Positions 25,019 through 33,763 of a stretch of 34,805 bases of DNA are shown here, piece by piece. The position numbers and the translations under genes were made by a program. The notes beneath the pieces were generated by a model. That model was not told the origin of the DNA. It saw nothing but the letters and a program-made list of their open reading frames with translations, and did no database searches. The DNA comes from Coriobacteriia bacterium (GTDB lineage Bacteria; Actinomycetota; Coriobacteriia; Anaerosomatales; PHET01), in assembly GCA_035462695.1 (NCBI GenBank), contig DATHUB010000226.1:1-34805 (forward strand). The letters run 5' to 3'. Position 1 is the stretch's first letter, and the number at the start of each line of letters is the position of its first letter.

Positions 25019-26277
25019 CCACGTTGACCGTCGAGCACGTTGCGCGTATCGAAGGCCACGGAACGATTTCGGTGGACGTTGAAGCTGGCGTCGTCAGAGA
25101 TATCCGCATGGACATTGTCGAGCCCGCTCGGCTCTTCGAGTCGATGGTGGTGGGTCGACGCTATGACGAGGCCCCGATCATCACGAGCAGGATCTGCGGC
25201 ATCTGCTCTCCCAATCACGCGGTCACTACCGTCAAGGCAGTCGAGGCAGCCTTGGGAGTCGTTGTCTCTGAGCGCACGACACTATTGCGGCAGCTGATGG
25301 TCTACGGCAGCTTCCTGCAGAACCACGCGACGCACCTGTACCTCTTCGCGGCTCCGGACTACGTCGGTCTGCCGAGCGTGTTTCCCCTGGCACGGACGCA
25401 CCCGGATGTCGTCGCCCGCGCGCTTCTGATCAAGAAGCTCGGAAACGAGTTGACGAGCATGGTGGGAGGGCGCTCGGTGCACCCCGTGACGGCGGTTATC
25501 GGAGGATTCACGGCCGAGCCGCCAAAGGCGGAACTCGAGGCGTTCGCCGCCCGCCTTCACGCCGCGGCCGACGCCGCGGCCGAGACAGTCGAGCTGTTCG
25601 CGGGCTTCGGTACCCCGGAATTCGAGACTTCGGGCGAGATGCTCGCCCTCACCAGCGGCGATACCTATGCCATCTACGACGGGGACGTCTGCGCCCTGGA
25701 CGCCGGCTGGTGCAAGCCGGTCGAGCAGTACCGCGAGTTCATCACCGAGCAAGTAGTCGGTCACAGCAACGCAAAGCACGCGACGGTCGACGGGCGCACG
25801 TTCCTCGTCGGAGCGCTGGCGCGCCTCAACCTCTCGTGGGACCGCCTCCTTCCCACGGCGCGCGTCGTTGCCAGCCGGGCCGGCATCAGGCCGGTCAATC
25901 GCAACTCCTTCATGAACAACCTCTGTCAAGCCATCGAACTGGTCGATGCTGCCGAGAGGTGTGCACTCCTTTGCGAGCGGTTGGTTGACGAGGGCGGGAG
26001 CAGCCAGCCGGTCGGGTATGAGCTGCGCGCAGGGGTGGGGACGGCCGCTACGGAGGCACCCAGGGGCACGCTCTACCACACGGTCTCTCTAGATGCCTCC
26101 GGCGTTGTGACGGCTGGCAACGTGAGCACGCCTACCGCTCAGAACCTCGCTAATCTGGAGGCGGACATGCGCGCCTTCGCGCCCACCGTCGCGGGACTTC
26201 CTGAGGCCGAGTTCGTTCTCAGTATCGAGCAACTGGTGCGTGCCTATGATCCTTGCCTCTCTTGCGCCGTGCACTGA
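25015..26277 (+). CDS. hyhL: Group 3b [NiFe]-hydrogenase large (alpha, catalytic) subunit
   Basis: VEHVARIEGHG, N-terminal Ni-Fe motif RICGICSPNH and C-terminal motif DPCLSCAVH followed immediately by the stop. ATGA overlap with hyhS. Confidence 0.9.
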   Translation: MTTLTVEHVARIEGHGTISVDVEAGVVRDIRMDIVEPARLFESMVVGRRYDEAPIITSRICGICSPNHAVTTVKAVEAALGVVVSERTTLLRQLMVYGSFLQNHATHLYLFAAPDYVGLPSVFPLARTHPDVVARALLIKKLGNELTSMVGGRSVHPVTAVIGGFTAEPPKAELEAFAARLHAAADAAAETVELFAGFGTPEFETSGEMLALTSGDTYAIYDGDVCALDAGWCKPVEQYREFITEQVVGHSNAKHATVDGRTFLVGALARLNLSWDRLLPTARVVASRAGIRPVNRNSFMNNLCQAIELVDAAERCALLCERLVDEGGSSQPVGYELRAGVGTAATEAPRGTLYHTVSLDASGVVTAGNVSTPTAQNLANLEADMRAFAPTVAGLPEAEFVLSIEQLVRAYDPCLSCAVH

Positions 26278-26310
26278 TCTTCACCATCCCTGCGGAGTAG
26301 CACCGACTGC

Positions 26311-26340
26311 GAGACGGCCCGGTCTTACCCGGGCTGTCTC
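26311..26340 (+). terminator. Rho-independent terminator after the group 3b hydrogenase operon
   Basis: GAGACGGCCCGG-tcttac-CCGGGCTGTCTC forms a 12-bp stem with one G-U pair, followed by CTTTTGGG. Confidence 0.7.
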
Positions 26341-26420
26341 CTTTTGGGACAGCGGAGGGTAAGGTACCGGCAAGACCTGCATGCCACTGTCAGAGGAGAA
26401 GCCGACAGAAGGGTCAGGGC

Positions 26421-27077
26421 ATGCCTCCGTTCACCTCCGTGTCACAGCCGCCGCGCGACCTTCTGCTGGCCGGGCAGCCATACGCGCTGACCGACGACGG
26501 TCTCCTGTCGGTGCTCGTGGGTGAGAGCGGGGTGCAGAGCGTGCGCTCGGTGCTCGGAGACGATCTGTCGCAGGGAATCTGGCGCATGTCCGCTGATGAC
26601 CTCGTGTCCCTCGACGGCATCGGTCCCGCCACCGCGGCTCGGCTGCTTGCCTGTGTGGAGATCAGCAGGCGGGCGGGAATGCCCGCACACGAACGGCGTC
26701 CTACGCTCTCGACGCCGGAAGATGTCGTTGCGCTTTGCGGCCGCCAGCTTCGCGGCCTCGACAGAGAGCACTTCCTCACGTTGGCGCTGAACACCAAGAA
26801 CCGTCTGCTTCGGGTGATCGAGGTCTCCGTCGGCTCGCTCAACGCCTCGATAGTGCATCCACGCGAGCTGTTTCGCGAGGCCGTACGAGTCGCAGCCGCG
26901 TCGGTGATCGTGGTCCACAATCATCCAAGCGGCGATCCGACCCCCTCGGGCGCTGACATCCAGCTGACGCGAAGAATCGTGAAGGCGGGCGACGTCCTCG
27001 GAATCGAAGTACTTGACCACGTGGTCATAGGCGATGGAGGAGCGCACGCCAGTATGCGAGACCTCGGGATGATCTGA
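26421..27077 (+). CDS. radC: RadC-family JAB/MPN domain protein
   Basis: HhH-like N-terminus (LVSLDGIGPATAARLLACVEI) and JAMM motif (VIVVHNHPSGDPTPSGADIQLTRRI). Canonical position upstream of mreB. Confidence 0.9.
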   Translation: MPPFTSVSQPPRDLLLAGQPYALTDDGLLSVLVGESGVQSVRSVLGDDLSQGIWRMSADDLVSLDGIGPATAARLLACVEISRRAGMPAHERRPTLSTPEDVVALCGRQLRGLDREHFLTLALNTKNRLLRVIEVSVGSLNASIVHPRELFREAVRVAAASVIVVHNHPSGDPTPSGADIQLTRRIVKAGDVLGIEVLDHVVIGDGGAHASMRDLGMI

Positions 27078-27151
27078 TCTAAGCGCGGGCCACGTTTCGA
27101 GGCATCACAGCCCACAGCCCTCGCTGTGATAAACTTTCACGCGTTGCACGA

Positions 27152-27185
27152 CCGACCCTGCCGACCAGCGTCGAGGGTCGGTTTT
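27152..27185 (+). terminator. Terminator-like hairpin between radC and mreB
   Basis: CCGACCCT-(14 nt)-AGGGTCGG forms a perfect 8-bp stem, followed by TTTTG. A second hairpin, ATCACAG-N13-CTGTGAT, lies at 27104-27130. Confidence 0.5.
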
Positions 27186-27251
27186 GCGATGTAGCCGCAC
27201 TTGGGCGGCGCGCTCGGAGGTTGTGCCGGGCATGGAAGGAGACTGAGCGAC

Positions 27252-28292
27252 TTGTCGCTGATCGATATGTTCTTCAACTCCTGGGGCGGCGACATGGCTG
27301 TCGACCTCGGAACCGCAAACACTCTCGTGTCCGTACGCGGGCGGGGCATCGTTCTGATCGAGCCTTCGGTAGTTGCCGTGGAACGCGATACGAAAAGGGT
27401 CCTGGCCGTCGGCATCGACGCGAAGCGCATGCTCGGGCGCACGCCGGGAAGCATCGTTGCCATTCGACCTCTCAAGGACGGCGTAATAGCGGACTTTGAG
27501 GTCACAGAGTCGATGCTGCGCTACTTCATCAACAAGACGCGCGTGAAGCGCTTCCCGTGGCAGCCGAAGCCGCGTGTCGTCGTCTGCGTTCCCTCCGGCG
27601 TTACCGAGGTGGAGAAGCGAGCTGTATTCGAAGCCACCATGCAGGCAGGCGCGCGTCAGGCGTTCCTGATCGAGGAGCCGATGGCTGCTGCCATCGGATC
27701 CGGTCTGCCCATCCAAGAGCCCACCGGCTCGATGGTCGTCGACATCGGTGGAGGAACGACCGAGGTAGCCGTGATCTCACTCGGCGGCATCGTCTGCGCG
27801 CAGTCGATTCGTATCGCCGGCGATGAGTTCGACGAAGCGGTCATCGGGCATGTGAAGCGGGTCTACAACGTACTGATCGGGGAGCGGACTGCCGAGGAGA
27901 TCAAGTTCGAGATCGGCAGCGCGTGGCCCCTGCTCGAAGAGGTCGATGTCGAGGTCCGTGGGCGTGACCTGCTTACCGGTCTCCCGCGCACCATCACGAT
28001 GGAGTCCGAGGAGATTCGCGAGGCCCTCGAAGAGCCGACTGCGGCGATCGTTGCCGCGGTCAAGGGAACCCTCGAGCAGACTCCCCCTGAACTTGCCAGC
28101 GACCTTATGGAGTACGGAATCGTACTCACGGGCGGCGGAGCCCTGCTCAAGGGGCTCGATGAGCGGCTGCGGCACGAGACCGGCATGCCGGTGCACGTAT
28201 CGGAGAGCGCCCTGACCAACGTCGTCGACGGATCCGCTCAAGCGCTTGAGGAGATCGATGTCCTCAAGAAGGTGCTTCAAGGCGGACGCTAA
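27252..28292 (+). CDS. mreB: Rod shape-determining actin homolog MreB
   Basis: [13 protein letters not shown]...IEPSVVA...[16 protein letters not shown]...[16 protein letters not shown]...[20 protein letters not shown]...[10 protein letters not shown]. Preferred start is TTG 27252, about 10 nt after GGAAGGAG. ATG 27267 is an alternative; the ORF track start is 27201. Confidence 0.93.
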   Translation: MSLIDMFFNSWGGDMAVDLGTANTLVSVRGRGIVLIEPSVVAVERDTKRVLAVGIDAKRMLGRTPGSIVAIRPLKDGVIADFEVTESMLRYFINKTRVKRFPWQPKPRVVVCVPSGVTEVEKRAVFEATMQAGARQAFLIEEPMAAAIGSGLPIQEPTGSMVVDIGGGTTEVAVISLGGIVCAQSIRIAGDEFDEAVIGHVKRVYNVLIGERTAEEIKFEIGSAWPLLEEVDVEVRGRDLLTGLPRTITMESEEIREALEEPTAAIVAAVKGTLEQTPPELASDLMEYGIVLTGGGALLKGLDERLRHETGMPVHVSESALTNVVDGSAQALEEIDVLKKVLQGGR

Positions 28293-28306
28293 CCGCCGGA
28301 GGCGGA

Positions 28307-29164
28307 ATGCGCATCAATCAGCCTGAAACCGCGCGACCGCGTCGCGGCGTCATCATCCTATTTGTCGCGCTGTCGATCGTACTCATCACCCTTTGGTTCC
28401 GCGAGGGTGACGGCGGCGTGATTCACCGTGTGCGCGGAGGCGTTCAAACCGTCGCCGCGCCGGTGTCGGCTGCCGGCGAGTACGCGACGAGGCCGCTGCG
28501 GGGATTCTTCGTCTGGGCGGGTGACCTCGGCGTTTCCCGGAGCCAGCTCGAGGAACTGCGAAGTCAGAACACGACCCTGCGAAGCCGTGTCGCCCAACTC
28601 GAAGAGGCGCGCCTCGAGAATGTCCGGCTGAGAGAACTCGTGAAGTTGTCTCAGGCGAGCGAGCTGCAATCGATCGGCGCTCGGGTGATCGGCAGGCCCA
28701 CGAACTCTTGGGAAGGCGTTATCACGATCGATCGCGGTACAGCCGACGGTGTGCGCAACGGCATGCCGGTCGTGGGGCCGCAGGGTCTGCTGGGCCAGAC
28801 GATCTCCGTTACGAACGGTTCTTCTAAGGTGAGGCTCATTACCGATCAGCGAAGTGGCGTCGCCGCCCTAGTTCAGGACAGCCGAGCGACCGGTATCGTC
28901 CGCGGGTCGATCGAGGGCGGCCTCACCCTCGAATTCGTCAATCGCAGTGACCGCGTGAAGGCGGGAGATGTGGTCATCACATCCGGTCTGGGCGGAGTCT
29001 ATCCCAAGGGCCTGGTTGTGGGCGAGGTCACGAAGGTGGAGCGAGATCCGAGTGCGCTCTATCAGAGGATTGAGATGACGCCCTCAGGTGACATCCAGGC
29101 GCTCGAAGAGGTGCTCGTGCTCACGGGAGTGCCCGAACAGTCCGCGCCTCAAGGAGGCGAGTGA
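28307..29164 (+). CDS. mreC: Rod shape-determining protein MreC
   Basis: N-terminal TM helix (IILFVALSIVLITLWF), a coiled-coil (LEELRSQNTTLRSRVAQLEEARLENVRLRELV) and beta-barrel domains (VIGRP.NSW...ITIDRGTADGVRNGMPVV...GLLGQ; ITSGLGGVYPKGLVVGEV). Position between mreB and mreD. Confidence 0.9.
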   Translation: MRINQPETARPRRGVIILFVALSIVLITLWFREGDGGVIHRVRGGVQTVAAPVSAAGEYATRPLRGFFVWAGDLGVSRSQLEELRSQNTTLRSRVAQLEEARLENVRLRELVKLSQASELQSIGARVIGRPTNSWEGVITIDRGTADGVRNGMPVVGPQGLLGQTISVTNGSSKVRLITDQRSGVAALVQDSRATGIVRGSIEGGLTLEFVNRSDRVKAGDVVITSGLGGVYPKGLVVGEVTKVERDPSALYQRIEMTPSGDIQALEEVLVLTGVPEQSAPQGGE

Positions 29165-29676
29165 TGAACCGAGTAATACCAACCGTCGTGGCTGTACTCG
29201 TCGCAGCGGTTCTTCAGGCGGGGCTTGCGCCATATCTCGCGATCGGTGGTGTGACGCCCAACTTCCTGCTGATAGTCGCAATCACTCTCGCACTCGTGAA
29301 CGGGCCCACTCAGGGTGCATCGGCCGGCTTCGCTGCGGGACTGATCTTCGATCTTCTCGGCAGCGGTCCCGTGGGGCCCATGGCTCTCGTGCTCGCCGTT
29401 ACGGGGTACTTGGTAGGTCTTCTGCACGAGCAGATGTTCGCCGAGGGGTGGCTGCTGCCGCTCACTGTTCTGGCGGTTGGCGCGTTGGCTACGGAAGTGG
29501 CGTACGGACTCATTCTCGGTCTGCTTGGCGAGGGCGCCCCGTTCGTTCCAGCGTTCTTCACCACGATGCTTCCGGCGGCCGTCTACGATACGGTGCTTGC
29601 GCTGCTCGTTTATCCTTGGTTGGCTCGCTTCTTGCGTCGGGATCGGCCCATGACGACCTTTCGCCGTCTGGCGTGA
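29161..29676 (+). CDS. mreD: Rod shape-determining protein MreD
   Basis: The 171-aa polytopic membrane protein overlaps the mreC stop (GTGATG). Typical small hydrophobic MreD profile and position. Confidence 0.8.
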   Translation: MMNRVIPTVVAVLVAAVLQAGLAPYLAIGGVTPNFLLIVAITLALVNGPTQGASAGFAAGLIFDLLGSGPVGPMALVLAVTGYLVGLLHEQMFAEGWLLPLTVLAVGALATEVAYGLILGLLGEGAPFVPAFFTTMLPAAVYDTVLALLVYPWLARFLRRDRPMTTFRRLA

Positions 29677-29737
29677 TCTGCCTGTTCGCGCCGTCGTCGA
29701 TGCCCACTGGACCCCTGGCGAGACGACTGACTGACTG

Positions 29738-31594
29738 ATGCCAAGCTACCGACAGACATTGAAGCCACGCTACGCCGCGCTCGGCGTTATCGTGCTGCTC
29801 GTGCTCGGGCTGCTGCTGGCGAAGCTGTGGACCATGCAGGTGCTTCAGGGCTCGGCCTTCGCCTCCCAAGCCGAACACAACCGTGTACGCGAGATCACTA
29901 CGGAAGCTCCCCGCGGCAGGATCCTTGACCGTAATGGAAAGCCGCTCGTGACGAACCGCGCCACACTCGCGGTGCTGGTGCAGCCAGGGGCGGGGGAGAA
30001 CGCCGAACTGATTCAGAAGCTGTCAGCGCTGCTCGACGTTCCCGTGCCGGATATCAAAGAGCGCATCGCCAGCGTGAAGGAGGCGGCACTCGCGCCCCGC
30101 GTCGTCGCCATTGACGTGCCTCTCGACAAGGTCGCCTACATCGCCGAGCACGAGAGTGAGTTCCCGGGCGTGGAGGTTCGGACCAAGGCTGTGCGTGAGT
30201 ACCCGCACGGCAAGCTCGCGGCGCACGTGCTCGGCTATACCGGTGAGATATCGGAGAGCCAGATCGCCGCTCCCGAGTTCGTCGGCTATCAGCCAACCGA
30301 CGAGGTGGGCAAGGCCGGAGCTGAGAACTCTTTCGAGAGTGTCCTGCAGGGAGACCGTGGTACCCGTCTCCTCGAAGTCGATGCATCGGGCCACGCCCAG
30401 CGCCTCATATCCGAGATCGAGCCCGTCGCCGGACGAGATGTCGTGCTGACAATCGACACCAAGGTCCAGAAGGTCGCCGAGCGCTCGCTCGCGCAGGCCC
30501 TCGATGACGCGCACGGCCAGAAGTTCACCAAAGCCAAAGGCGCGGCTGCCGTTGCACTCGACGTGAAGAGCGGTGAGGTGCTCGCCATGGCGAGCCTGCC
30601 GACGTATGACCCGTCTGTGTTTCTCGGCGGCGTTTCTCAGAAGACTTGGCGGTCTCTGACAACGACCTCCTCGGAGTTCCCCCTGACGAACCGAGCTATC
30701 GCGGGTCAGTATCCGGCCGCATCCACGTTCAAGGCATTCACCGGACTGGCCGGACTTCACTACGGCGTGACTACGCAGTGGGGGACCTACTACTGCGCGG
30801 GCAAGTGGACCGGCATGGGCGACCAGTGGGAGAAGTACTGCTGGAACCACGCTGGTCACGGTACGGAGTCCTTCACGGAAGGCGTTCAGGACTCCTGCGA
30901 CGTGGTCTTCTACGAGATCGGCTACGACTTCTACAAGGACGGGCGGGAGCGCATTCAGAAGTTCGCCCGCAGCTTTGGGTTCGGATCGAAGACAGGACTG
31001 GATCTTCCGGGAGAGGCCGACGGCCGCATCCCCGACGCCAAATGGAAGAAGGAGTTCAACGAGAACTATCCCGAGTACCAGCAGTGGCTACCGGGCGACA
31101 CGGTCAACATGGCGATCGGTCAGGGCGACATGCTCGCCACCCCACTCCAGATCGCGGCGTCGTATGGCGGCATCGCGAACGGCGGCAAGGTCATGCGGCC
31201 GCACGTACTCAAGCGAGTCCTCGGCAGCGACGGCAAGTCCGTGCTGGATCAGAAGCGGGAAGTCGCGTTCAAGCCCGATGTCTCCAATGGGGACCTCAAG
31301 ATCATGGACTCCGCACTTCGCGGAGTCACCACAGTCGGTACCGCGAAGAGCGTCTTCGTCGGCTTCGATGTTCCGGTTGCCGGCAAGACGGGCACCGCGC
31401 AGGTTGCGGGCAAGGACGACTATGCATGGTTCGTTGGCTATGCCCCTGCCGACGATCCGAAGTACGTCGTTGCCGTACTGGTCGAGCAGGGTGGCCACGG
31501 CGGGTCCGTGGCGGGTCCCGCGGCTCGACAGATACTCGCGTCTCTCCTCGGCGAGAAGATCGAGCACGTGACCGCCCAGGACCAGTCAAGGTGA
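29738..31594 (+). CDS. mrdA: Penicillin-binding protein 2 (elongasome class B transpeptidase)
   Basis: N-terminal anchor (LGVIVLLVLGLLLAKLW), RGRILDRNGKPLVTN, active-site STFK (AASTFKAF), and KTG (AGKTGTAQV). Confidence 0.92.
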   Translation: MPSYRQTLKPRYAALGVIVLLVLGLLLAKLWTMQVLQGSAFASQAEHNRVREITTEAPRGRILDRNGKPLVTNRATLAVLVQPGAGENAELIQKLSALLDVPVPDIKERIASVKEAALAPRVVAIDVPLDKVAYIAEHESEFPGVEVRTKAVREYPHGKLAAHVLGYTGEISESQIAAPEFVGYQPTDEVGKAGAENSFESVLQGDRGTRLLEVDASGHAQRLISEIEPVAGRDVVLTIDTKVQKVAERSLAQALDDAHGQKFTKAKGAAAVALDVKSGEVLAMASLPTYDPSVFLGGVSQKTWRSLTTTSSEFPLTNRAIAGQYPAASTFKAFTGLAGLHYGVTTQWGTYYCAGKWTGMGDQWEKYCWNHAGHGTESFTEGVQDSCDVVFYEIGYDFYKDGRERIQKFARSFGFGSKTGLDLPGEADGRIPDAKWKKEFNENYPEYQQWLPGDTVNMAIGQGDMLATPLQIAASYGGIANGGKVMRPHVLKRVLGSDGKSVLDQKREVAFKPDVSNGDLKIMDSALRGVTTVGTAKSVFVGFDVPVAGKTGTAQVAGKDDYAWFVGYAPADDPKYVVAVLVEQGGHGGSVAGPAARQILASLLGEKIEHVTAQDQSR

Positions 31595-31598
31595 TCGC

Positions 31599-32738
31599 GT
31601 GAACGAGCGATCAGCAATACTCCGGGTCATGAACCCTGCGCTTGTTGCGGCGGTCATGCTGCTCGCCGTATTTGGCAGCGTGATGGTCTCTTCCGCGGTC
31701 TCCGGCATGGACGCTGGCAGCGGCATGTTCAAGCGTCACCTGTTCGGGCTGCTCATCGGCCTTATTCCTCTGGTTGCGGCATGGGTCTTCGACTACCGCC
31801 GTCTGCAGGGTTGGGTCGGTCCGCTCCTACTACTCGATGCGCTGCTCATTCTGTCTCCGCGGATTCCGGGCCTCGGCGCAGCGGCCAAGGGCGCCACCTC
31901 GTGGCTCCAGATCGGCGGCATTCGCCTCTTCCAGCCTTCGGAGCCGGCAAAGCTCGTTACGATCCTCGTCATGGCTGCGATAATTGCCCGCTATAACGGA
32001 CGCATCGAGAAGCCGAGGGATGTTGCCAAGATACTCGGCGTACTGGCCATTCCGCTCGGCCTGATACTGCTCCAACCCGACCTCGGGACGGGTCTGGTCT
32101 TCGTGGCCATCACCGCAGGCATGCTACTGATCGGCGGGCTGCAGGCGCGATGGTTCGCGATTCTTGGGCTCGCCGGGATCGTGCTCGTCTCGGGCCTGTT
32201 CTGGCTGAACGCTACTCTCGATCGAACGACGGGCGAGGACAAGCTCATCAAGAACTATCAGCTGGACCGGCTGATGGTGTTCGTCGACCCGTCAGCGGAT
32301 CCGAAGGGCGCGGGCTACAACCTCGAGCAGTCCAAGATCGCCATCGGCTCGGGAGAGGTAACGGGCAAAGGCATCGGCTCAGGGACTCAGGGCAATCTGA
32401 ACTTCCTTCCTGAGCGCCACACCGACTTCATCTTCAGCGTTCTCGGGGAGGAGTTGGGATTCCTCGGTGCCGCGATTCTGCTCGGGCTCTACCTGATTCT
32501 GCTCGTCACGGCGCTTGAGATATCCGCGTCGAGTCGCGATCTCTTCGGTGCCTTAATAGTCGCAGGCATCATCAGCATGTGGACTTTCCAAATATTGGAA
32601 AACGTCGGAATGACGATCGGCCTGATGCCCATCACGGGCATCCCGTTGCCCTTTATGAGCTTCGGCTCGTCGTTCATGGTCACCAACATGATGGCTACGG
32701 GTATGCTTCTGTCGGTATGGGCGCGCCGGTACGCGTAG
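31599..32738 (+). CDS. rodA: SEDS-family peptidoglycan glycosyltransferase RodA
   Basis: Polytopic membrane protein with FQPSEPAKL, LQPDLGT, GAGYNLEQSKIAIGSG...G, LPERHTDFIFSVLGEELGFLG and PITGIPLPFMSFGSS. GTG start lies 5 nt after the mrdA stop. Confidence 0.92.
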   Translation: MNERSAILRVMNPALVAAVMLLAVFGSVMVSSAVSGMDAGSGMFKRHLFGLLIGLIPLVAAWVFDYRRLQGWVGPLLLLDALLILSPRIPGLGAAAKGATSWLQIGGIRLFQPSEPAKLVTILVMAAIIARYNGRIEKPRDVAKILGVLAIPLGLILLQPDLGTGLVFVAITAGMLLIGGLQARWFAILGLAGIVLVSGLFWLNATLDRTTGEDKLIKNYQLDRLMVFVDPSADPKGAGYNLEQSKIAIGSGEVTGKGIGSGTQGNLNFLPERHTDFIFSVLGEELGFLGAAILLGLYLILLVTALEISASSRDLFGALIVAGIISMWTFQILENVGMTIGLMPITGIPLPFMSFGSSFMVTNMMATGMLLSVWARRYA

Positions 32739-32746
32739 GGGGAAAC

Positions 32747-33763
32747 ATGGGACTTCCGCTCGATATGCGAGACATGATGAGCTCCAGCTCGAAGCTTCGT
32801 GCGGAGCGTGAGAAGCCGATCCGCATCGCGGTGCTGGTTGACGCAGACGCGCCCCAGGTCGCGGTCGACGCGATGAAGGCTGCGCTGATGCCGCAGTCCG
32901 GCAACGCCTTCTTGCACGTGGAGCCGGTAGTTGCCGGCGAGGTGCTCGAGGTGGAGTCGTCGGCTGATGCCGTGATCGGGCTGACTGGCCCCGGCGCTAC
33001 GCTTGCCCAGTCACTGCAGCGGTCTCGCGACCGCTCGATCCCCACTGTGGCGCTTGCCCTCGAGTCCGACCGCGATGCCGTGGCCTACCGCCTTTCGCAT
33101 CCTATACTCGACACCATTGCCGAGGAAGACCCGGACGACCTGATCGAAAAGCTGGGCAGTTGGCTCGCCGAGAAGGTCCAGGGCAAGCGAGTCGCCCTGG
33201 CAGCGAACTTCGCCTTCGTGCGTCGCGCAGTCGCCGAGGAGTCCGTGAAGAGCACGGCCTTCCAAAACGGCGTGATTGGCGGAGTGGTCATACTTCCTGG
33301 CGCGGATCTCCCGTTGATGACGGCGAACCAGGCCAAGATGGTGATGCAGATCGCGGCGGCCTACGGGGAGCCGTTGGGTGCCGAGCGAGTCAAGGAGCTC
33401 GCCACGGTTATCGGTGGCGCATTCGCCTTGCGCGCGATAGCCCGGCAGTTCGTTGGCCTCGTTCCCGGTTTCGGTTGGGCCATCAAAGCCGGCATCGGAT
33501 ACTCAGGAACGCTCGCTGTGGGATACGCGGCAATCGAGTACTTCGAGAGCGGCGCCGATATCAAGGGACTGGCAGCCAAGCTCCGAGAGACCCGGGACAG
33601 GGCGATGAGCGCCGCTGCCCAGCGTGGGCGCCGTGGGCGCCGAGAGGTGATTCAGGCGAATGCGTGGGTTGCCGAGGAGCAGACAGTGACAGAGCCGGAC
33701 ATGGCACTGGCTCCTGCCGAGGCCGAAGGCGTACGCCCTGTGACGGAGTCAACCCCTCAGTGA
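32747..33763 (+). CDS. Uncharacterised protein with a C-terminal DUF697-like membrane-associating domain and an N-terminal Rossmann/GTPase-like region that lacks a P-loop
   Basis: Preferred ATG 32747 lies 9 nt after the rodA stop; the ORF track extends to 32579 inside rodA. The C-terminal half, NGVIGGVVILPGADLPLMTANQAKMVMQIAAAYGEPL....IGGAFALRAIARQFVGLVPGFGWAIKAGIGYSGTLAVGYAAIEYF, matches my recollection of DUF697. No GxxxxGK[ST] is visible in the N-terminal half. Confidence 0.55.
   Translation: MGLPLDMRDMMSSSSKLRAEREKPIRIAVLVDADAPQVAVDAMKAALMPQSGNAFLHVEPVVAGEVLEVESSADAVIGLTGPGATLAQSLQRSRDRSIPTVALALESDRDAVAYRLSHPILDTIAEEDPDDLIEKLGSWLAEKVQGKRVALAANFAFVRRAVAEESVKSTAFQNGVIGGVVILPGADLPLMTANQAKMVMQIAAAYGEPLGAERVKELATVIGGAFALRAIARQFVGLVPGFGWAIKAGIGYSGTLAVGYAAIEYFESGADIKGLAAKLRETRDRAMSAAAQRGRRGRREVIQANAWVAEEQTVTEPDMALAPAEAEGVRPVTESTPQ

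Noticed and set aside
25015-26277. Possible selenocysteine (an in-frame TGA) in the group 3b large subunit C-terminal motif.
   Set aside because: All four Ni-Fe ligand positions are ordinary Cys codons (RICGICSPNH and DPCLSCAVH). The TGA at 26275 comes after the terminal His and is followed by a terminator, so it is a genuine stop.
27125-27141. TGTGA-N7-TCACG upstream of mreB.
   Set aside because: The spacing is wrong (7 rather than 6) and the second half-site is imperfect. It is better explained as part of the ATCACAG/CTGTGAT hairpin that follows radC.
33624-33641. Direct 9-bp tandem duplication GTGGGCGCC x2.
   Set aside because: It is in frame within the Arg-rich tail (RGRRGRR) of the DUF697-like protein. 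This is a trivial slippage-type duplication, not a repeat element.
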